Shown: positions 7,656 through 13,640 of the stretch, piece after piece
Layout: every line of letters starts with the position of its first letter
How positions within the stretch are numbered: the first letter of the stretch is position 1
Source: a bacterium
GTDB taxonomy: Bacteria; Zhuqueibacterota; Zhuqueibacteria; Oceanimicrobiales; Oceanimicrobiaceae
Assembly: GCA_046757025.1 (NCBI GenBank)
Contig: JBHHXN010000141.1
Span: forward strand, 1-13,640
Length of the DNA stretch: 13,640 nucleotides
Reading direction: 5' to 3'
The notes under the pieces: generated by a model
Database searches by the model: none
What the model saw: the letters and a program-made list of their open reading frames with translations, nothing else
Told to the model about the DNA's origin: nothing
Translations under genes and position numbers: made by a program

Positions 7656-9500
7656 ATGAAAAAGTACGTAATTTTAGGTGTGATTGCGGCATTGTCAGTA
7701 ACCATGTGGCTGGTGAGCTGCAAGAGCAGTAAATCACCAACCGGGCCCGACCCGTCGCCTTTCAAGAAGGCATCGGATTGGGTAGCCGGTGTAGATTGGG
7801 ATACCAGGACGGTTGTGACCATGAACATGGTCGAATCGGGCTCCGCATTATCGTTCAGTCCCAATAACCTTACCTTCGAAGCCGGCAAACCCTATGTTCT
7901 AAAGGTTGTGAATCCAGCAGGGAACGCCAGCAAGCACTATTTTGCCACCCAGGAAGTGTTTCCGGATTTTTACAAATCCATCGCAACCCGCAAGATTGAG
8001 ACGGCAGACGCTGAGTACAAGGCGCCTTATTTCCGGGCTGTAGAATTGCTGATCGGCGGCGAGCTTGAGATCTACTTTGTGCCGGTTCTTGCTGGAGAGT
8101 ATGACTTCCTGTGTACGATTCCTGGACATGCTGCTGCCGGAATGACCGGCAAGATCACCATTACCGGCGGCGAAGGCTATGAATTAGATTTGGAGGTAGA
8201 CCCCAGTTTTGATACCGGTCTGATCACCGATCCCAGAACCTCCGGTTCGCATGAAGTCTGGACGACTGCTCGGGAACTTACCGTTGAGATGGTTGAAAAT
8301 GCCGACGGCTCTTTGGCCTACAGTCCATCTAATTTGAATTTGATGGTGGGCAAAGGATACAAAATCAACATCGTGAATGCGGCCGGACATGTGAGTAAAC
8401 ACTACTACACCGCAGCCGAGTTTTACAAAACGACGGTCACGCGGAAGGCTGAAGATGGGTATGCCGAGATAAAGATGCCCTACATGAAAGCCGTAGAGCT
8501 GCTGATTGGCGGCAAAACCGAACTCTTTATGGTGCCGACCAAAGTTGGAACGTACGAAGTATTCTGCACCATTACCGGACACAGAGCCGCGGGCATGGAA
8601 GGACTCGTCATAACAGTGGCGGATGCGCCATCGCCTTTTGTCAACGCATCAGATTGGGTGGGCGGTGTGAATTGGGATGAAAAAGAAGAGGTGACGATAA
8701 ACATGGTCGAATCGGGCTCCGCATTATCGTTCAGTCCCAATAACCTTACCTTCGAAGCCGGCAAACCCTATGTTCTAAAGGTTGTGAATCCAGCAGGGAA
8801 CGCCAGCAAGCACTATTTTGCCACCCAGGAAGTGTTTCCGGATTTTTACAAATCCATCGCAACCCGCAAGATTGAGACGGCAGACGCTGAGTACAAGGCG
8901 CCTTATTTCAGGGCCGTCGAATTGTTGATCGGCGGCGAGCTTGATATCTACTTTGTGCCGGTTATCGCCGGAACGTATGACTTCCTGTGTACGATTCCCG
9001 GCCATGCCGCAGCCGGAATGACCGGAAAGATCGTCATTACCGGCGGCGCAGGGTATGAGTTAGATTTGGAAGTAGACCCGGGTTTCGATACCGGTCTGAT
9101 CACCGATCCCAGAACCTCCGGTTCGCACGCAGTATGGTCGACTGCTGAAGAACTCACAGTCAACATGGTTGAAAACGCCGACGGCTCTCTGGCTTATGAT
9201 CCGCCCAATTTGAACCTGACGAAAGACAAAGGTTACAAAATACACATCGTTAATGCAGCCGGGCATGTGAGTAAACACTACTACACGGCCTCTGAGTTCT
9301 ATAAGACCACGGTTACGCGTAAAGCTGAAGATAACCACGGCGAGATAAAGATGCCCTACATGAAAGCCGTCGAGCTGTTAATTGGCGGCGAAACCGAACT
9401 TTTTATGGTTCCGACTGTGGCAGGACAATTCGAGGTATTCTGCACCATCACCGGCCACAGAGCCGCGGGCATGGAAGGACTCGTCATCGTAGTCGAGTAA
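7656..9500 (+). CDS. Lipoprotein with four cupredoxin (type-1 Cu) domains (duplicated two-domain unit)
   Basis: GAGGAGG RBS; lipobox WLVS-C. Four KHY(F/Y)...CTI(P/T)GH(A/R)AAGM motifs, i.e. a C-x4-H-x4-M loop as in rusticyanin, auracyanin and CopI-type cupredoxins. 292-aa internal repeat. Confidence 0.9.
   Translation: MKKYVILGVIAALSVTMWLVSCKSSKSPTGPDPSPFKKASDWVAGVDWDTRTVVTMNMVESGSALSFSPNNLTFEAGKPYVLKVVNPAGNASKHYFATQEVFPDFYKSIATRKIETADAEYKAPYFRAVELLIGGELEIYFVPVLAGEYDFLCTIPGHAAAGMTGKITITGGEGYELDLEVDPSFDTGLITDPRTSGSHEVWTTARELTVEMVENADGSLAYSPSNLNLMVGKGYKINIVNAAGHVSKHYYTAAEFYKTTVTRKAEDGYAEIKMPYMKAVELLIGGKTELFMVPTKVGTYEVFCTITGHRAAGMEGLVITVADAPSPFVNASDWVGGVNWDEKEEVTINMVESGSALSFSPNNLTFEAGKPYVLKVVNPAGNASKHYFATQEVFPDFYKSIATRKIETADAEYKAPYFRAVELLIGGELDIYFVPVIAGTYDFLCTIPGHAAAGMTGKIVITGGAGYELDLEVDPGFDTGLITDPRTSGSHAVWSTAEELTVNMVENADGSLAYDPPNLNLTKDKGYKIHIVNAAGHVSKHYYTASEFYKTTVTRKAEDNHGEIKMPYMKAVELLIGGETELFMVPTVAGQFEVFCTITGHRAAGMEGLVIVVE
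7824..8909 (+). repeat. Intragenic direct repeat: identical 210-bp copies at 7824-8033 and 8700-8909
   Basis: Base-by-base comparison; offset 876 bp, within a larger diverged duplication. Confidence 0.9.
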
Positions 9501-9541
9501 TGGACGAAGAGTACGAATCATAACCTTTTTCATCGTTGAGC

Positions 9542-9571
9542 ACAGAGGGGACAAATAAAAGTCCCCTCTGT
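9542..9571 (+). terminator. Stem-loop after the tetra-cupredoxin gene (terminator or mRNA-stabilising hairpin)
   Basis: ACAGAGGGGAC-AAATAAAA-GTCCCCTCTGT, a perfect 11-bp stem, but with no clean U-tract. Confidence 0.55.
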
Positions 9572-9612
9572 AGAAATTATTTAATAAAAGTGATTAAGTG
9601 TATCGCAGATTC

Positions 9613-10056
9613 ATGAAAGTTCATCTCCAGATTATTCATTTATTCATAGCGGTGCTTTTTGTGTTTCAGCAAAGCCCGTTCTTTTGGTTGGGGTTTCAAA
9701 AGGAGGATTCCGTAGCTTGTTCACGTGGAGAAATGGGCTCCTGCTGCCGCGGTTCTGGAAACGGCGAGGTGCGATGCAAGAGTGGAGAACCTGATGCTGA
9801 TGAAGGAATGTGCTATGTGGCCAGTTCATGCCATAATGATTCAGAACCGAATATGGTTGTGGAAATATTCAAACCCTATCTCTCAGTGCCTTTCTGCACA
9901 CAAATGCCCTATACGGGGAAATCGTTGAACTTTCACTGTGATTTAGAGATTTATTCAGATGTCAAACTACCGTGTCACGAAAAACCTCCTGAGGAGTCGC
10001 TCAGGTTTAGCTCATACTCTTATCCTTTAATGTATATGAACGACAAACGTGTGTGA
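9613..10056 (+). CDS. Cys-rich exported/membrane small protein, candidate metal-responsive leader
   Basis: N-terminal hydrophobic helix, Cys cluster (C-x7-CC...C...C-x5-CH) and late CHEKPP motif, directly upstream of a beta-barrel gene. Start is ATG 9613 or GTG 9598. Confidence 0.6.
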   Translation: MKVHLQIIHLFIAVLFVFQQSPFFWLGFQKEDSVACSRGEMGSCCRGSGNGEVRCKSGEPDADEGMCYVASSCHNDSEPNMVVEIFKPYLSVPFCTQMPYTGKSLNFHCDLEIYSDVKLPCHEKPPEESLRFSSYSYPLMYMNDKRV

Positions 10057-10072
10057 ACAGGAGGAATCCAAA

Positions 10073-11104
10073 ATGAAGAAATTAACCAGTGTCGTCGTTT
10101 TTATCGGGGGTGTTTTTCTTGGCAGTTGGCAGAATAGTCAGTTCTCGATAATTCCCGATTCTGTCTCAGCATGCGACTATTGCATATTAACCCGTGGATT
10201 TACCCCTCCGGAAACTCTACCGGGGTTTGGGCTGCGAGTAGATGCCCGATACACTCTTCTTAACTCGGTCTTTTCAGGCACGAATCAAGTTATAAACCAT
10301 AGCGGTGAAAAGGAAACCCACTTTACCACCCAGATCACCATGTTCTACAATTTTTCAGACAAATTTTCACTCGTGGGGATCTTGCCTGTTCCAAGACGAT
10401 CAGTGTCCGTAAATGCCCGGGCGGAGCACCATGACGGCGAAACGGAAATTGAAGCGGCGCATGGCCATGATCCGGTTCATAGACACACCGGCTCTGGTAC
10501 ATCCTTTAATTTGGGGGACTTAAATATCTTAGGCAGATATACATTTCTACGACTTAACTCATTTAAGCAATCTACTACGCTGACTTTGGAAACCGGTATT
10601 AAAATTCCGACCGGCAGCACCAACTCCCGGGACGCCGAAGGCAATTTCTTAGATGCTCATATACAACCGGGGACAGGTTCCTGGAACTTCCTGATTGGGT
10701 TTTCTGTCAATCACGCCAATGACTACTTTGGTCTTTCAAGCAACCTTCTCTATTCGATAAACACCACAGGAGAAGCCGGGGATGATAACTATCGATACGG
10801 AAATTGGTTGAATGCCGACCTTACCGCAAAGTATGAGATGTTTGCATCTGAAATGAGAAATCGAAATCTGTTTCTAACGCTTGGAATAAATGGTGAGTTT
10901 CGCGGCAAAGAAGAAATAGACGGCCAGGGCATTAAGAATACCGGCGGCAAGGTTCTGTACATAGTTCCTGGTTTTCAGTTTATGATTTCACCAGCTATCA
11001 CTATCGAGGCTTCGTTTCAATATCCCTTTCACCACAATCTAGATGGTGGGGAGCAACTCGGTGAAAGCTTAAAAACTTTCTTCGGTGTTAATTATTTATT
11101 ATAA
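10073..11104 (+). CDS. Outer-membrane beta-barrel transporter (MetA-pathway/SphA-like family) with N-terminal CxxC and His-rich loop
   Basis: AGGAGG RBS before ATG 10073; signal-like N-terminus then ACDYC. Family-like motifs GDLNILGRY, GIKIPTG and QPGTGSW. His-rich loop EHHDGETEIEAAHGHDPVHRH. Beta-signal-like C-terminus FFGVNYLL. Confidence 0.75.
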   Translation: MKKLTSVVVFIGGVFLGSWQNSQFSIIPDSVSACDYCILTRGFTPPETLPGFGLRVDARYTLLNSVFSGTNQVINHSGEKETHFTTQITMFYNFSDKFSLVGILPVPRRSVSVNARAEHHDGETEIEAAHGHDPVHRHTGSGTSFNLGDLNILGRYTFLRLNSFKQSTTLTLETGIKIPTGSTNSRDAEGNFLDAHIQPGTGSWNFLIGFSVNHANDYFGLSSNLLYSINTTGEAGDDNYRYGNWLNADLTAKYEMFASEMRNRNLFLTLGINGEFRGKEEIDGQGIKNTGGKVLYIVPGFQFMISPAITIEASFQYPFHHNLDGGEQLGESLKTFFGVNYLL

Positions 11105-11146
11105 TATTATTGCAGACTTTTGCACTTTTTTGCAAAAAAATTAAAT

Positions 11147-11401
11147 TGCAAAAATCAAATAGCAAAATGACAATACAAAAATTAAAAACTACCGGACAGC
11201 AGATGTCCGGATACCAGGCCAACAATATTGTGCTGTTGTATAATTAAAGAAGCAGTAACGAACAGCACATAAATTAAGTTATCAGAGAATCTTATTCTGT
11301 GTCAATTTCAATTCTGTGGGCTACTTTTTTCGCAGCACTTGAGTTCAAGTTTATATTTAGATTTGTCATTTTACATTTTCATCTTTGATTTTGCATTTTG
11401 C
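11147..11401. repeat. Imperfect long inverted repeat with A-rich/T-rich, roughly heptameric arms enclosing small hairpins
   Basis: AAAATCAAA (11151-11159) pairs with TTTGATTTT (11384-11392); AAAATGACAA (11164-11173) pairs with TTGTCATTTT (11363-11372). Internal stems CCGGACA/TGTCCGG and TGTGCTGTT/AACAGCACA. Confidence 0.55.
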
Positions 11402-11540
11402 GGCTTGCCGCGCTGGGATAGGAATTGTAAATAAATGGTTGCCATGCAAGAATTGACTAGGCGAGGGCGTCTGCGTGAGCATCTGGGGAGTTTTCTTTCA
11501 GACACTAACTACTTTGTAGTGATCCGAGCTGAAAATTAAT

Positions 11541-11735
11541 GTGGCTACCCCCCAAAAATTGGGATTGAATGAAGCAATAAGTCCATACAAAACAATAAGT
11601 TATATAATACAAAAAAATTAAAATATTCAATTCTGATTCTACACAGTTTCTAACTGTGTATGTATCGCATTTGTGCCTAAACACGGTTGCAAACCGTGTT
11701 GGATCATGCTAATTCAAAAAAATGGGGGGTAGCCA
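11541..11735. mobile_element. MITE-like non-autonomous element
   Basis: Perfect 13-bp TIRs TGGCTACCCCCCA (11542-11554) / TGGGGGGTAGCCA (11723-11735), flanked by direct repeats GAGCTGAAAATTAAT (11526-11540 and 11736-11750). No transposase ORF. Confidence 0.82.
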
Positions 11736-11753
11736 GAGCTGAAAATTAATTTC

Positions 11754-11782
11754 TTGACTTTTTAATCAAATTTATATATAAT
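11754..11782 (+). promoter_or_regulatory. sigma70-type promoter for the cytochrome c operon
   Basis: TTGACT-N17-TATAAT, about 160 bp upstream of ATG 11941. Confidence 0.7.
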
Positions 11783-11940
11783 AGACGCCTATTAAAATAA
11801 TGTCCTTAACTTCCACAGCTCTGATCAACCCGCTCAATCCAAATTAGACTCCTGGTTACCGAAATTCTCAAAGAAATGCAGAGTTGAGAAGATTTGTTAC
11901 AAAGACTGTATCAACTTAAAATCGTATTGAGGGAGGGATT

Positions 11941-12864
11941 ATGACCGATCGAATAAAATATACCCCGCTGCTTTTTTCTCTGCTGATTTTGCTGCAGGGT
12001 CATCCCGAAGCGCTGTTTAGTCAGGGACAAACGGAGGCTGCAGCAGCCCTTGTCCGTGGCGAGCAGATTTACCGAGGGGCTTGCGCGCCCTGTCACGGAG
12101 TAAATGGCGATGGCAAGGGACCGTATTATGAGGCGCTAACCCCCAAGCCTCGTAATTTCACAACCGGAAAATTTAAGTTTCGCACCACATCTTCCCGGTC
12201 GGTGCCAACTGATCAAGACCTCTTCAAAACGATATCAAAAGGGTTGCCCGGGACGTTCATGCCCGCCTGGGAAGATCTGCTTTCTGAAAAGGATCGGATG
12301 GCTTTGGTTCAGTACATCAAGACTTTCTCAAAAAGATTTGCGAGATCTGGTGATTCATTCGAACTAATTGAAGTGTCCAATGAGGTTCCCTACTCGCGTG
12401 ACAGCATCATCAAGGGTAGGAAGGTGTATAGAGATCTGGAGTGTGCAAAATGTCACGGAGATGAGGGCCGGGGTAATGGCCCCTCAGCCAAGGATCTGGA
12501 AGACGAATGGGGTTATCCAATCCGCCCTCGTGATCTTACAAAAAGTTGGGAATTCAAAGGCGGAATTAGCAGAAAGAAGATTTACCTGCGACTGATGAGT
12601 GGGTTATCCGGTGCACCCATGCCATCCATGGCAGAGAGTTTCGTTCTTGATGAAGAGATCGATGACATCAAAATCAAGATCGAAGATGAGGAGGAACTCA
12701 CGGCTGAGGAGCAGCAGAAGTATGATGCGGCAATGGCCGAGATACGCGAGAAGGTATGGCATCTTACTAATTTTGTGAGATCCCTTTCAGGAAGCCCGAG
12801 CTTACTTTACCGTTTGTTTGTTGAGGATACTGAAGTAACCAAACAAAGGAGTGAGGAAAAATGA
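11941..12864 (+). CDS. Periplasmic diheme cytochrome c
   Basis: Signal peptide; CAPCH and CAKCH; PRNFT..KFKFRTT and PRDLT motifs; candidate Met axial ligands in MPAW and MPSM; GAGGGAGG RBS. Confidence 0.9.
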   Translation: MTDRIKYTPLLFSLLILLQGHPEALFSQGQTEAAAALVRGEQIYRGACAPCHGVNGDGKGPYYEALTPKPRNFTTGKFKFRTTSSRSVPTDQDLFKTISKGLPGTFMPAWEDLLSEKDRMALVQYIKTFSKRFARSGDSFELIEVSNEVPYSRDSIIKGRKVYRDLECAKCHGDEGRGNGPSAKDLEDEWGYPIRPRDLTKSWEFKGGISRKKIYLRLMSGLSGAPMPSMAESFVLDEEIDDIKIKIEDEEELTAEEQQKYDAAMAEIREKVWHLTNFVRSLSGSPSLLYRLFVEDTEVTKQRSEEK

Positions 12865-13346
12865 AGGCTAAATTACTTGGGGACATATCATATCTTGCGG
12901 GACTAATCTTGATCTGCATGTTTATATGGGTTTCTTGTAGAGGGGATGGCGTCGGTTTGACCGAAAGCGGCGACTTGCCCACTGAAGGCCCTTTAAGCTT
13001 TGCCAGTCAAATTCAACCTATCTTCGACGCTAATTGCACACGCTGTCATACGTCTGGCGGCGTTGGTTTCAATGCCACGGGCGGGAGCCAGAATAACGGA
13101 TTGGACTTAACCTCTGGGAATTCTCATGGAAGATTGGTAAATCAGCGGACTTTTGAGTTGTCGAATGTACAGCCGAGATGGCGCATACTTCCGAATGAAC
13201 CCGACAGCAGTTACGTTGTACAAAAAATCACCTCTTCTTCACCCAAATTCGGAAACCGTATGCCGTTGGATGGACCGCCCTATCTTTCGCAAAGTCAAAT
13301 TCAATTGATTAGAGATTGGATTGAACAAGGTGCGCCAAATAACTAG
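12861..13346 (+). CDS. Lipoprotein monoheme cytochrome c (planctomycete cytochrome c-like domain)
   Basis: ATGA overlap with the upstream gene; lipobox IWVS-C; FASQIQPIFDANCTRCH...RMPL...IRDWIEQGA. Confidence 0.85.
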   Translation: MKAKLLGDISYLAGLILICMFIWVSCRGDGVGLTESGDLPTEGPLSFASQIQPIFDANCTRCHTSGGVGFNATGGSQNNGLDLTSGNSHGRLVNQRTFELSNVQPRWRILPNEPDSSYVVQKITSSSPKFGNRMPLDGPPYLSQSQIQLIRDWIEQGAPNN

Positions 13347-13359
13347 GAGGAGGGAAGCG

Positions 13360-13640
13360 ATGACTAAGAGTTTAGGCAGTATTGTAATAGTTATTGTTTT
13401 ATTACTTGAGGTTCTTGTTTTTGAAACTTTGCCCGCTCGCGCCGAACCCTATCTGGCGATTCGTACGGGATTTAAATGTAGTCAATGTCACGTAAACCGC
13501 ACCGGAGGCGGCAAACGGACGGCCTTTGGCGTCATCTACGCTCAGACCAGGCTCTATACCAAAATCATTCAATCTGCTAAACGGTCCAGCTTTTTTGACG
13601 GGAAATTGAGTAACTCGGTCTCAATTGGAGCCAATTTTCG
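13360..13640 (+). CDS. Cyc2-like monoheme cytochrome c, probably porin-fused (partial, runs off window)
   Basis: Manual translation after an AGGAGG RBS: MTKSLGSIVIVIVLLLEVLVFETLPARA-EPYLAIRTGFKCSQCHVNRTGGGKRTAFGVIY...VSIGANF. Signal peptide with AxA, then a P-x-x-A-x-x-TG-x-x-CxxCH motif near the mature N-terminus, as in Cyc2. The barrel lies outside the window. Confidence 0.65.
   Translation, partial: MTKSLGSIVIVIVLLLEVLVFETLPARAEPYLAIRTGFKCSQCHVNRTGGGKRTAFGVIYAQTRLYTKIIQSAKRSSFFDGKLSNSVSIGANF

Noticed and set aside
6041..8909. Repeats as DGR template/variable regions or a CRISPR array
   Set aside because: Both copies are in-frame coding, the differences are not adenine-specific, there is no reverse transcriptase or cas gene, and there is no repeat-spacer periodicity.
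5668..9338. Multiple minus-strand and alternate-frame ORFs, some repeated (e.g. MPASKVRLLG...)
   Set aside because: Shadows of the two lipoprotein genes; their repetition reflects the intragenic DNA repeats.
5039..9500. Multicopper oxidase, NirK or NosZ assignment for the cupredoxin proteins
   Set aside because: No HxH type-2/3 motifs, no HCH, and no CuA C-x3-C-x3-H motif.
11546..11731. TACCCCCC / GGGGGGTA as a CsoR/RcnR copper operator
   Set aside because: The half-sites are about 170 bp apart and flanked by a target duplication, so they are better read as TIRs.
11754..11769. TTGAC-N6-ATCAA as an FNR/CRP-family box
   Set aside because: FNR needs a 4-nt spacer; the sequence is better explained as the -35 of a sigma70 promoter.

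Overview
Bacterial window with two divergent arms separated by an ~950-bp regulatory region. The minus arm has a GNAT acetyltransferase and a four-subunit 2-oxoacid:ferredoxin oxidoreductase operon (delta-alpha-beta-gamma; gamma runs off the left edge and is missing from the ORF track). The plus arm is an unusual copper/heme cell-envelope redox locus. A sigma54-type promoter (tandem TGT-N11-ACA sites, IHF site, -24/-12) precedes a degenerate receiver protein, an 819-aa lipoprotein with five type-1 (blue) copper domains and three PKD-like domains, a 614-aa lipoprotein with four type-1 copper domains, a Cys-rich candidate leader protein and a CxxC/His-rich outer-membrane beta-barrel. A repeat-rich spacer follows, holding a ~195-bp MITE-like element with a 15-bp target duplication. 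Then a near-consensus sigma70 promoter precedes a diheme cytochrome c, a lipoprotein monoheme cytochrome c and the start of a Cyc2-like cytochrome-porin (also missing from the ORF track). The best candidate for a new system is a multi-cupredoxin 'copper wire' electron-transfer or copper-handling module next to a Cyc2-like cytochrome operon. The motifs are visible in the sequence, but the function is inference.
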